NCBI GenBank assembly: GCA_947626805.1
Contig: CANQTR010000002.1
Span: 1,733-65,732, forward strand
Length of the DNA: 64,000 bases
Reading direction: 5' to 3'
From: an uncultured Clostridia bacterium
GTDB lineage: Bacteria; Bacillota; Clostridia; Oscillospirales; CAG-382
Position numbers and translations under genes: made by a program. Each line of letters opens with the position of its first letter. Position 1 is the stretch's first letter. Positions 6,713 to 15,209 of the stretch are shown piece by piece. A model generated the notes under the pieces. It saw only the letters and a program-made list of their open reading frames with translations, was not told the origin of the DNA and searched no databases.

Positions 6713-8781
6713 AAGAACTGTTTCTCGCTCTGTGCGGATTTTCCGTTATCCCGTCGATTGCCGTGCTCGCGGCAATTCTCTTGCGCCCGTTGCTGAAGAA
6801 GGGGCCGTCCTTTCTTCGGTGCGTGATTTGGGCGGTCGTGTTTGCGCGGCTGGTCCTTCCCGTCGGGCTGATTGAACTTTCGGTTCCCGCTTCGACGTTT
6901 TCTTCGCCTGCAGAGGATACGGTTTCGCTGTCCGTCCCGGACGCTGTTCCGGACGCCGTTCCGGACGCCGTGCCGAATGACGTTCCGGACGTTGTCCCGG
7001 ATTTTATCCCGGATACCGTTCCGACGCCGGACGACGTTGTTCCGAATGGCGTTCCGGGAACCGTGCCGGACGCGACGGTCTCACAAACGGTTCCACAATC
7101 CGTTCCGGGCGCCGCGTCGGCGGCGGAACCGAAAACGGACGTGGTGAGGATTCTTTCCGTGGTCTGGGCGTGCGGGGTCGCGGTCATGTTCGGTTATTTG
7201 CTGGTAAGCACGCTGTTGCTCCGTTATCAGGTGCGCGATGCGGTCGTTTACGACAGCCGGGTGCGCGTGCTGGGGCGGAACTGCTCCCCGTTTGTGTCAG
7301 GGCTCTTTCGCCCGTTAATCTATATTCCCGCCACCGCGAATAGGGCGGATTGGCCGTACTACATCGCGCATGAGGAATCGCACATCAAGCGATTGGACCA
7401 TATCCTCAAGCCGTTCGCGTTTCTGGTGCTGTGCGTGTACTGGTTCAATCCGCTGGTCTGGGCGGCGTATCTCCTGCTCAGCAAGGACATCGAGTACGCT
7501 TGCGACGAAAAAACCGTCAAACATATGGGGCAAGAGGACAGAAAGGCGTATTCGTTGGCGCTTCTTTCCGTCAGCCAGGGGGGAAATATCGCCTTCTCGC
7601 CGCTGTCCTTCGGCAACGTCAGTGTGAAAGAGAGAATTACGCGTATTATGAAAGGAAAAATTCCGGTTTGGGCGGTCTGCCTGACCGCTGTTCTCTGTGC
7701 GGCACTGTTGACGCTGATGGCATGCTCGGTCGGAAACGCACCGTCGGACGAAACGTCAAACGAAACGTCAGACGAAACGTCGAGCGAGGTGTCGGACGAA
7801 ACGTCAAACGAAACGCCTGAAGAAACATCGAGCGAGGTATCAAACGAAACATCCGGAGAAACGTCGAGCGAGGTATCAAACGAAACGTCCGGAGAAACTT
7901 CGAGCGGGACATCGGGGTCCGGCATAGAGGAAAACTACGAAAAAGCCACCTCACTGCACGAGCAGGACCCGGAAACCTACCGAGACCCCGGCGAATTGCA
8001 AAATGAAACACAGGAAATGGTGCAGTTGGAGGACGGGCAATGGTACCAGTCCTACGTCGCGTCTGACGTGAACATTCGGTATGTGTTTTTGAGCAACGCG
8101 GAGTACGAGATGAACGCGAATTGGGACTTCATCCCAATCGGGAGCGAAAAAACCTACTATCTCTACAATGCCGGCGCACGATTCGAGGACGAGACCGGCT
8201 TCGCCCATTACGTCGAACGCCCAATCGCGGTATGGGGAGAACTGGACGGCGGGGACGGCGAAAAATATTCCCGCGTCTTGGTGCTTACGGACGAACTGAC
8301 CGTTTGCGTGGAAGGGGAAGGCGGGACCTGTGAATTCTACCAGGCGGACAGGATTGCGCTTCCGCGCTGGCTGGGTCCGCTGTTCTGGGATAAGGACGAA
8401 TTTGATGTGGAAGCGGTGACAGGCGTGGTCATGCTGGACGAGGACGGGATCTTTTACCTGAAGGACGTCGCCTTGTTCCTTCCGACGCCTTTGAAAGCCG
8501 CCTATGTGAACGCGCTGTCGCTCCATGCGCAGGACCCGGATGCCTACCGCGACCCCGGCGAAATACAATACGAAACGCAGGAAATGGTGCGGCTGGAAAA
8601 CGGGCAATGGTACCAGTCCTACGTCGCGTCCGATACGAACGTGCGGTACGCGTTCATGAGCAATACGGAATACGAAATGGACGAAAAATGGGCGTTCGTC
8701 CCGGTCGGAAGCGCGGTAAGTGCGTCGCCGAAAGACCAAGCGGTTACCATGAGCGATTTCGTTCTGAAACAGATTCCCTGA
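6709..8781 (+). CDS. M56 family metallopeptidase / BlaR1-MecR1-type membrane sensor-transducer with a novel extracellular region
   Basis: N-terminal TM helices. M56 core is YYIAHEESHIKRLDHILKPFAFLVLCVYWFNPLVWAAYLLLSKDIEYACDEKTV (HExxH). Further TM, an acidic Ser/Thr/Glu linker, then a duplicated about 67-aa module. Confidence 0.85.
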   Translation: MKELFLALCGFSVIPSIAVLAAILLRPLLKKGPSFLRCVIWAVVFARLVLPVGLIELSVPASTFSSPAEDTVSLSVPDAVPDAVPDAVPNDVPDVVPDFIPDTVPTPDDVVPNGVPGTVPDATVSQTVPQSVPGAASAAEPKTDVVRILSVVWACGVAVMFGYLLVSTLLLRYQVRDAVVYDSRVRVLGRNCSPFVSGLFRPLIYIPATANRADWPYYIAHEESHIKRLDHILKPFAFLVLCVYWFNPLVWAAYLLLSKDIEYACDEKTVKHMGQEDRKAYSLALLSVSQGGNIAFSPLSFGNVSVKERITRIMKGKIPVWAVCLTAVLCAALLTLMACSVGNAPSDETSNETSDETSSEVSDETSNETPEETSSEVSNETSGETSSEVSNETSGETSSGTSGSGIEENYEKATSLHEQDPETYRDPGELQNETQEMVQLEDGQWYQSYVASDVNIRYVFLSNAEYEMNANWDFIPIGSEKTYYLYNAGARFEDETGFAHYVERPIAVWGELDGGDGEKYSRVLVLTDELTVCVEGEGGTCEFYQADRIALPRWLGPLFWDKDEFDVEAVTGVVMLDEDGIFYLKDVALFLPTPLKAAYVNALSLHAQDPDAYRDPGEIQYETQEMVRLENGQWYQSYVASDTNVRYAFMSNTEYEMDEKWAFVPVGSAVSASPKDQAVTMSDFVLKQIP
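6934..7023 (+). repeat. In-frame 12-nt tandem repeat (VPDA/VPDx units) inside the M56 gene
   Basis: gttccggacgcc-type units encode VPDAVPDAVPDAVPNDVPDVVPDFIPDTVP. Confidence 0.8.
7744..7920 (+). repeat. In-frame Ser/Thr/Glu-rich tandem repeat tract inside the M56 gene
   Basis: Encodes SDETSNETSDETSSEVSDETSNETPEETSSEVSNETSGETSSEVSNETSGETSSGTSGSG; 12-nt and about 36-nt periodicities are visible in the DNA. Confidence 0.8.
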
Positions 8782-9533
8782 GACTGCAACAGACGGTCTA
8801 CCGTTTTATCAGCGCCTGCATACGGGCTGACCGGGCGGGGGCGCTGTCGCTCGCGCGCGGCGGGGACGCTCTGCCCGCGCATTTTCCGACAGAGGCGTCG
8901 TTTCCGGACCGTTTGAACGCGTATGCGTATACGGCAATCCGATTTGAACCGTATACGCTCGACGGGACGACCACCCAAAAAGCGGACCTGTCCGTGCGGT
9001 ATGCCCTGCAAAATTCGAACCAAGGCGTATCCGCAAAGCTGTCCGTCGTGCGCACGAACCCCGGCGACGCGGACCGGAACGCGGATTGGAAGGTCCTCTC
9101 GTGCGAGTTGACGCCCGTTCCGGCGGAGGGGTCGAACCATCTCACGTTCGCGGACGGCGCGGCGGGTGCGCCGCTCACGCCGGAAACTTTTTGCGGGTCG
9201 GAACGGTATGTGTGCCTGCAAAACGCCGCGTTCCGCTTCTATAACGCTTACCTGAACGGCGACCGTGCGAGCGCGCTGACCGTCGCCGACGAGGACGCGC
9301 TTGTGGGGGCGTTCAACGGGAAGGTCGGCTCGTTGGAAGGGCAGGGGCTGACTTTGTGCGGATTCGGTTCGGACGACCCGTCGAGCGCTTACGCGGAATA
9401 CTATTTCACGCGGACAGACGAATGGGGCGACGTGCAGTTGTTCTACTTCGGTATGCGCTTTGCATGTACCGATTCCGGAACGGGCGCGGGGCGGAAAACC
9501 TGGCACGTCACCGGATTCGATTTCGAGGCGTAA
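8688..9533 (+). CDS. Hypothetical protein with two NTF2/SnoaL-like-looking repeats; start undefined (possibly a frameshifted 3' part of the M56 gene)
   Basis: The open frame is continuous from 8607. The recognisable domain text (LQQTVYRFISACIRADRAGALSL ... / LQNAAFRFYNAYLNGDRASALTV ...) begins exactly at the M56 stop. There is no ATG/GTG/TTG with an RBS after 8781; the ATG at 8688 lies 94 nt inside the M56 gene and has no RBS. Confidence 0.45.
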   Translation: MGVRPGRKRGKCVAERPSGYHERFRSETDSLRLQQTVYRFISACIRADRAGALSLARGGDALPAHFPTEASFPDRLNAYAYTAIRFEPYTLDGTTTQKADLSVRYALQNSNQGVSAKLSVVRTNPGDADRNADWKVLSCELTPVPAEGSNHLTFADGAAGAPLTPETFCGSERYVCLQNAAFRFYNAYLNGDRASALTVADEDALVGAFNGKVGSLEGQGLTLCGFGSDDPSSAYAEYYFTRTDEWGDVQLFYFGMRFACTDSGTGAGRKTWHVTGFDFEA

Positions 9534-9543
9534 ACGGGCAAAA

Positions 9544-9578
9544 ACGGACGGCTTTCGGGCGGTCCGTTTTTCTTTTTT
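9544..9578 (+). terminator. Rho-independent terminator
   Basis: ACGGACggctttcgggcgGTCCGTttttcttttttg, 11 nt after the stop codon. Confidence 0.8.
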
Positions 9579-9804
9579 GCGCGTTCCACGGCGATGGAAA
9601 GTTTTTCGATTTCGAAAACAGCGCTATGCGATACTTTTTGGTATCGCTTTTTCAACGCATACTTTCGCACGCAAAAACCAAAAAATACGGAATGAATAAA
9701 TATGCAAAACCCCGATTTCCGTCCCGAAAGGGCGGAAATTTTTTCGGAAAATCGTTTTGCGAGGCTCTTTTTTGGAAATCTCGCAATTTTTTGTTGGAAA
9801 TTTA

Positions 9805-9833
9805 TTGAAATTTGCCCGTTTCTATGCTATACT
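9805..9833 (+). promoter_or_regulatory. Sigma-A-type promoter with extended -10 (TTGAAA-17-TGcTATACT) for trpS
   Basis: ttgaaa 9805-9810, tgc tatact 9825-9833. Confidence 0.65.
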
Positions 9834-9895
9834 ATATCCGTATACGCTTGCAAAAACCTCCCGCGGGAAGCGGGAAGAAGGGTCGGTCAACTGTT

Positions 9896-10900
9896 ATGGA
9901 AGAAGCAAGAAAGAAAGTCGTCCTGTCCGGCATTCAACCGTCCGGCACGCTCACAATCGGGAATTACCTCGGCGCTTTGCGTAACTGGACGAAGATGCAG
10001 GACGATTTCCTGTGCTACTATATGCTCGCGGACCTGCATACGATAACGGTGCGGCAGGTCCCGGCGGAATTGCGGCAGAATTGTCTCAAGACCGCCGCCG
10101 TTTACCTCGCCGCGGGGCTGGACCCGGAGAAGATAACTCTGTTTTTACAGAGCATGGTCCCGGCGCATTCCCAACTCGCGTGGGTGCTTGACTGCTACAC
10201 GATGATGGGCGAGCTGAACCGCATGACGCAATTCAAGGATAAATCCGCCCGGCACGCGGATAATATCAACGGCGGACTGTATACCTACCCGGTGCTGATG
10301 GCGGCGGACATCCTGCTGTACCAGGCGGATTGCGTCCCGGTCGGCAAAGACCAGATACAGCACGTCGAACTCGCCCGCGACATCGCCAACCGCTTCAACG
10401 GGGTGTACAGCGAAACCTTTCGGGTTCCCGAAGCGCTCACGACGCAAAACAGCGCGAGCATTCGCTCCCTCTCCGACCCGACCAAAAAGATGAGCAAGTC
10501 CGAAAGCGGGGACGGGACGATTTTCGTGCTGGACCCGAAGGACGTCGTCCTGCGGAAGATACGCAAGGCGGTGACGGATTCCGACGGCGAGGTCCGCCGT
10601 GCGGAGGGCAAACACGGTATCAACAATCTGATGAACATCTATTCCGCCGTGACGGGAAAGACCGACGGGGAAATCGAGCGGGAGTTCGCCGGGAAGGGTT
10701 ACGGCGAGTTCAAGCTCGCGGTCGGGGAAGCGGTCGCGGACCTGCTCGGCGGAATCCAAAGGGAATTTGAGCGGTACATGGCGGACAAGGCGTTCCTCAA
10801 TCAGGTCCTCATCGAGGGGGCGGAGCGCGCCTCGTATGTCGCCAATAAGACGCTCGCGAAGGTGTACCGCAAGGTCGGTTTTTACGACCCCCGTAGGTAA
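9896..10900 (+). CDS. trpS: Tryptophan--tRNA ligase
   Basis: Contains VVLSGIQPSGTLTIGNYLGALRNW (HIGH-type region) and the KMSKS motif (PTKKMSKSES). About 334 aa from the ATG at 9896. Confidence 0.95.
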   Translation: MEEARKKVVLSGIQPSGTLTIGNYLGALRNWTKMQDDFLCYYMLADLHTITVRQVPAELRQNCLKTAAVYLAAGLDPEKITLFLQSMVPAHSQLAWVLDCYTMMGELNRMTQFKDKSARHADNINGGLYTYPVLMAADILLYQADCVPVGKDQIQHVELARDIANRFNGVYSETFRVPEALTTQNSASIRSLSDPTKKMSKSESGDGTIFVLDPKDVVLRKIRKAVTDSDGEVRRAEGKHGINNLMNIYSAVTGKTDGEIEREFAGKGYGEFKLAVGEAVADLLGGIQREFERYMADKAFLNQVLIEGAERASYVANKTLAKVYRKVGFYDPRR

Positions 10901-10924
10901 GAAAACGGGAAAAGGAAAGAGGAT

Positions 10925-12910
10925 ATGGCGAAGAAGAATCAGGAATACGGCAGTCAGAGTATCTCCATGCTCCGCGGGGCGGACCGGGTGCGGAAGCGTC
11001 CGGCGGTCATCTTCGGGTCGGACGGGCTGGAGGGGTGCGAACATTCGTTTTTTGAAATCCTTTCCAACGCGGTCGACGAATTCAAGGAAGGGTTCGGAAA
11101 GGTCATCAACGTCACGGTGGACGCCGACCGGGTCATGACGGTCGAGGACTTCGGGCGCGGCGTGCCGCTGGACTGGAACGAAAAGGAACAGCGATACAAC
11201 TGGGAGCTGGTCTATTGCGAGTTGTACGCGGGTGGAAAGTACGAAAACGACGAGGGCGGCGCTTACGAATATTCGCTCGGGCTCAACGGGCTGGGCGCCT
11301 GTGCGACGCAGTATGCGTCGGAGTTCATGGAGGTCACGTCCTATCAGAAGGGGACGAAGTATTCCATTCGCTTTTCGCACGGCGAACCGGTCGGCGCGCT
11401 CGAAAAGACCGAATGTCCGAAGAATAAGACCGGTACGGTCGTGCGCTGGAAGAGCGACCGGGAGGTGTTCACGGACACCGAGATTTCCTTGGAATACTTC
11501 TTGCGGACCCTTCGCAAGCAGGCGGTCGTCAATGCCGGGCTGACGCTCAACCTCGATTGGCAGAACAGCGAGGGCGCGCACGAAACGCACACGTTCTGCT
11601 ACGAGAACGGCATTGCCGACTACATGGCGGAAATCGTCGGGGACGCGGGGCTGACGCCGGTGCAGAAGTACGGCTGTGAGCGGGTCGGGCGCGACCGGCA
11701 GGATATGCCGGATTATAAACTGAAAATCGAATTTGCCTTCTGTTTCTCGAATGAGGTCAATCTGCTGGAATACTACCACAATTCCTCCTTCCTCGAATAC
11801 GGCGGGTGCCCGGACAAGGCGACCCGTTCGGCGTTCGTCTACGCGGTGGATAAATACTGCTCCGAAAAGAGCAAGTACACGAAAAACGAGTCGAAGGTCA
11901 CGTTCGACGACGTCAAGAATTCCCTCGTTCTGGTCGTCAATTCCTTCTCCACCCGCACATCCTACGAAAACCAGACCAAAAAAGCCATTAACAACGCGTT
12001 CATCACCAAGGCGATGACCGAATTCTTCAAGCAATCGCTCGACGCGTACTTCGCGGAGAACCCCGCCCTCGCCGAGCAGGTCTGCCAGCAAATCCTCGTC
12101 AACAAGCGTTCGCGCGAATCCGCCGACCAAATGCGGGTGAACATCAAAAAGAAACTCACCCAGCCGGTCGACAGCATCGCGAACACGGTCGAAAAATTCG
12201 TCAATTGCCGCTCGCGCGACCCGGAGGTGTGCGAACTGTATATCGTCGAGGGGGATTCCGCCCTGACGAGCTGCAAACTCGCCCGCAACGCGGAGTTTCA
12301 GGCAATCATCCCGGTCCGCGGAAAGACGCTCAACTGCCTGAAGGCGTCCGCGGACAAGGTGATGAAGAGCGACATTATCCTCGACCTGATAAAGGTCATC
12401 GGTTGCGGTATGGAACTGAAAGGGCATAAGGGCAAAGACCTTTCCACCTTCGACCTCGACCAACTTCGCTGGAATAAAATTATCATCTGCACCGACGCGG
12501 ACGTCGACGGCTACCAGATACGCACGCTGATCATGACGCTTTTTTACAGCCTGCTTCCGACGCTGATACGCGAGGGGCGGGTGTATATCGCGGAGACTCC
12601 GCTGTACGAAATCACCTGCAAGGACGAAACCTATTTCGCCTACGACGAGAACGAAAAACAGGCGATCCTTTCCAAACTGGAGGGGCAGAAATACAGTATT
12701 CAGCGTTCAAAAGGGCTCGGCGAAAACGACCCGGACATGATGTCCCGCACGACCATGCACCCGGCGACCCGCCGGCTCATTCGGGTCATGCCGGAGGACG
12801 AGAAAAAGACCGGTGAGATGTTCGACGTACTGCTCGGCGACAATTTAGCGGGCCGGAAGGAAATGATTGCCGCTTACGGGGCGAAATACTATGAACTTGC
12901 CGATTTTTGA
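10925..12910 (+). CDS. parE: Type IIA DNA topoisomerase subunit B (ParE-like paralogue)
   Basis: GHKL ATPase start is SMLRGADRVRKRPAVIFGS ... EILSNAVDE. Toprim region is ELYIVEGDSA ... PVRGKTLN ... IIICTDADVDGYQI. Paired with a GyrA-box-less A subunit, so the ParE versus GyrB assignment is inferred. Confidence 0.85.
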   Translation: MAKKNQEYGSQSISMLRGADRVRKRPAVIFGSDGLEGCEHSFFEILSNAVDEFKEGFGKVINVTVDADRVMTVEDFGRGVPLDWNEKEQRYNWELVYCELYAGGKYENDEGGAYEYSLGLNGLGACATQYASEFMEVTSYQKGTKYSIRFSHGEPVGALEKTECPKNKTGTVVRWKSDREVFTDTEISLEYFLRTLRKQAVVNAGLTLNLDWQNSEGAHETHTFCYENGIADYMAEIVGDAGLTPVQKYGCERVGRDRQDMPDYKLKIEFAFCFSNEVNLLEYYHNSSFLEYGGCPDKATRSAFVYAVDKYCSEKSKYTKNESKVTFDDVKNSLVLVVNSFSTRTSYENQTKKAINNAFITKAMTEFFKQSLDAYFAENPALAEQVCQQILVNKRSRESADQMRVNIKKKLTQPVDSIANTVEKFVNCRSRDPEVCELYIVEGDSALTSCKLARNAEFQAIIPVRGKTLNCLKASADKVMKSDIILDLIKVIGCGMELKGHKGKDLSTFDLDQLRWNKIIICTDADVDGYQIRTLIMTLFYSLLPTLIREGRVYIAETPLYEITCKDETYFAYDENEKQAILSKLEGQKYSIQRSKGLGENDPDMMSRTTMHPATRRLIRVMPEDEKKTGEMFDVLLGDNLAGRKEMIAAYGAKYYELADF

Positions 12911-12929
12911 CGGCGGCGCGAGGTGACAC

Positions 12930-15131
12930 ATGGCGAAAAAGAAACAACCGACCCCTGTTCCCGTGCAGGCGGCCGAGCCGCTTGACGTTCGCATTACGGA
13001 GGTGCTCGAAAGCAACTATATGCCCTACGCGATGAGCGTTATCGTGTCCCGCGCTATCCCGGCGATAGACGGTTTCAAGCCCGCTCACCGCAAACTGCTC
13101 TATACGATGTACAGAATGGGCCTGCTGAACGGACCGAAGGCGAAGAGCGCGAAGGTCGTCGGGCAGACCATGGTGCTCAATCCGCACGGCGACGCCGCCA
13201 TCTACGAAACGCTCGTCCGCCTGACGACCGGCAAGGAGGCTCTGCTCCACCCGTTTATCGAGTCCAAGGGCAGCTTCGGCAAGCAGTATTCGGATATGGC
13301 TTACGCCGCGTCCCGCTATACGGAGTGCAAACTCGCCAAGATTAGCGAGGAAATCTTCGACGGCATCGACTGTGACGCGGTCGATATGGTGCCGAACTAC
13401 GACGGCACGACGACCGAACCGGAGTTGCTTCCGACCGGCTTTCCGAATATCCTCGTTTCGCCGAACAACGGTATCGCCGTCGGCATGACCAGCACGATTT
13501 GCTCGTTCAATTTGCGCGAGGTGTGCGAGGCGACCGTGCGGCTCATCAAGGACCCGCACATGACCCTCGACGACTTGCTCGATGTGCTCAAAGGCCCGGA
13601 TTTTTCCACCGGCGGTATCCTGCTGTATCAGCGCGACAAATTGCGCGAGATTTATCGGACCGGACGCGGTTCGTTCGCGGTTCGTTCGCGGTACACCTAC
13701 GACGCGAAGGCGAACCGGATTGAAATCACGGAAATTCCGTACACGACGACGGTCGAGAAAATCAAGAGCGCCATCGTCGAACAGGTCAAAAGCGGGAAAA
13801 TCAAGGAAATAAACGACATTCGCGACGAAATCGACATCGGCGGTCTTCGCCTTGCTATCGACCTCAAGCGGGGCGCGGACGCGGAGAAGCTGATTGCCCG
13901 GCTCAACAAACTGCACATTCTCGAGGAGAATTTTTCCTGCAACTTCAACGTTCTTGTCGGCGGAGTGCCGCAAACGCTCGGCGTGCTCGAAATCCTCGAC
14001 GAATGGCTCGCGTTCCGCACGGAATGTTTGCGCCGGACCTATATTTTCGACCTTTCTAAGAAGAGCGACAAGCTCCACCTGCTTTACGGGCTGAAGGAAA
14101 TCCTGCTCGATATCGATAAAGCCATTCGCATTATCCGCGAGACCGAAAGCGAGAAGGAGGTCGTTCCGAATCTGATGAGCGGATTCGGCATCGACCAGGT
14201 GCAGGCGGAATACGTCGCGGAGATTCGGTTGCGAAATCTGAACCGGGAGTATATCATCAACCGCATCGACGAGATAGAGGACCTCGAAAAGGCCATCGAG
14301 GAGCTGAATCTGCTCATCGGCAGCGACCGGCGCATTCGCTCGGTCATCGCAAAGCAGTTGACGAAAATCGCCGACAAATACGGCGCGCCGCGAAAAACCA
14401 TGCTCTATGAGCCGGACGGGACGGAGGAACCCGACCTTTCCGAACCGGTCGAGGACTATCCGTGCGTGCTGTTCCTGAGCAGGGAAGGGTACTTCAAGAA
14501 ATGCACCCCCGCGTCCTTGCGCGGGAGCGACGTGCAGAAGTTCAAGGAGAACGATTCGCTTCTGTATAAGCAGGAAGTCACAAACGGGTGCGAGGTGCTG
14601 TTCTTCACGTCGCTTGCACAGGTGTACAAGTCCCGCATGAGCGATTTCGAGGACTGCAAGGCGTCCTCTCTCGGAACGTATCTGCCCGCCGCCCTCTCGT
14701 TCGAACCGAACGAGCGCGTCGTCGCCGCGCTCCCGCTCAAATCCTACGAGGGCAGTCTGAACGTCTTTTTTGCCAACGGCAAGGCGGTCCGCATTCCGCT
14801 TGAAAGTTATCAGACCAAGACCAACCGACGCAAGCTGACCGCCGCGCTCTACGGCGGAAGCCCCGCCGTCGGGGTGTTCCGCGCCGGGAGCGCGCCGGAG
14901 TATTTCCTCGTCACGGACGACGGACGCGCCCTGCTCGTGAAGGAGGAACAAATCACCGAAAAGACGACCCGTACTTCGGCGGGCGCCGCGGTGTTCACGC
15001 TCAAAAAGGGCAAATCCGTACTTTCCGCCGAACCGTACGACCCGAACGCGCTCTCGCTCGAACGACCCGCGCGGTACCGAAAGGCGAACCTCCCGTCGTC
15101 CGGCGCGCCGTACGAACGCGGCGGGACGTGA
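12930..15131 (+). CDS. parC: Type IIA DNA topoisomerase subunit A (ParC-like paralogue)
   Basis: Contains NYMPYAMSVIVSRAIPAIDGFKPAHRKLLYTMY ... AASRYTECKL (active-site Tyr region). I see no QRRGGKG-type GyrA box in the C-terminal domain, which favours topo IV-like. Confidence 0.85.
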   Translation: MAKKKQPTPVPVQAAEPLDVRITEVLESNYMPYAMSVIVSRAIPAIDGFKPAHRKLLYTMYRMGLLNGPKAKSAKVVGQTMVLNPHGDAAIYETLVRLTTGKEALLHPFIESKGSFGKQYSDMAYAASRYTECKLAKISEEIFDGIDCDAVDMVPNYDGTTTEPELLPTGFPNILVSPNNGIAVGMTSTICSFNLREVCEATVRLIKDPHMTLDDLLDVLKGPDFSTGGILLYQRDKLREIYRTGRGSFAVRSRYTYDAKANRIEITEIPYTTTVEKIKSAIVEQVKSGKIKEINDIRDEIDIGGLRLAIDLKRGADAEKLIARLNKLHILEENFSCNFNVLVGGVPQTLGVLEILDEWLAFRTECLRRTYIFDLSKKSDKLHLLYGLKEILLDIDKAIRIIRETESEKEVVPNLMSGFGIDQVQAEYVAEIRLRNLNREYIINRIDEIEDLEKAIEELNLLIGSDRRIRSVIAKQLTKIADKYGAPRKTMLYEPDGTEEPDLSEPVEDYPCVLFLSREGYFKKCTPASLRGSDVQKFKENDSLLYKQEVTNGCEVLFFTSLAQVYKSRMSDFEDCKASSLGTYLPAALSFEPNERVVAALPLKSYEGSLNVFFANGKAVRIPLESYQTKTNRRKLTAALYGGSPAVGVFRAGSAPEYFLVTDDGRALLVKEEQITEKTTRTSAGAAVFTLKKGKSVLSAEPYDPNALSLERPARYRKANLPSSGAPYERGGT

Positions 15132-15139
15132 AAACGGGC

Positions 15140-15169
15140 TTGACAGAGCGTATTCTCTCGTGGTATACT
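15140..15169 (+). promoter_or_regulatory. Sigma-A-type promoter (TTGACA-18-TGgTATACT)
   Basis: ttgaca 15140-15145, tgg tatact 15161-15169, upstream of gdpP. Confidence 0.6.
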
Positions 15170-15209
15170 GGTTTACGGTTCAAATATACTTGATAGGAAA
15201 GGTTTTTGT

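Noticed and set aside
6934-7920. Tandem repeats that might look like a CRISPR or minisatellite array (also 38047-38136 and 25433-25600)
   Set aside because: The units are 12-36 nt, contiguous with no unique spacers, in frame inside long ORFs, and translate to low-complexity linkers. No cas genes are present.
9600-9895. Expected a tryptophan T-box leader upstream of trpS
   Set aside because: I found no AGAGA/specifier-loop architecture and no T-box consensus (GGGTGGTACCGCG-like) sequence. The promoter at 9805-9833 leaves only about 55 nt of leader.
10925-15131. DNA gyrase (gyrB/gyrA)
   Set aside because: The locus is not next to dnaA/dnaN/recF, and the A subunit shows no GyrA-box in its C-terminal domain. 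I therefore label the pair topo IV-like (ParE/ParC). The paralogue assignment needs phylogeny and remains uncertain.
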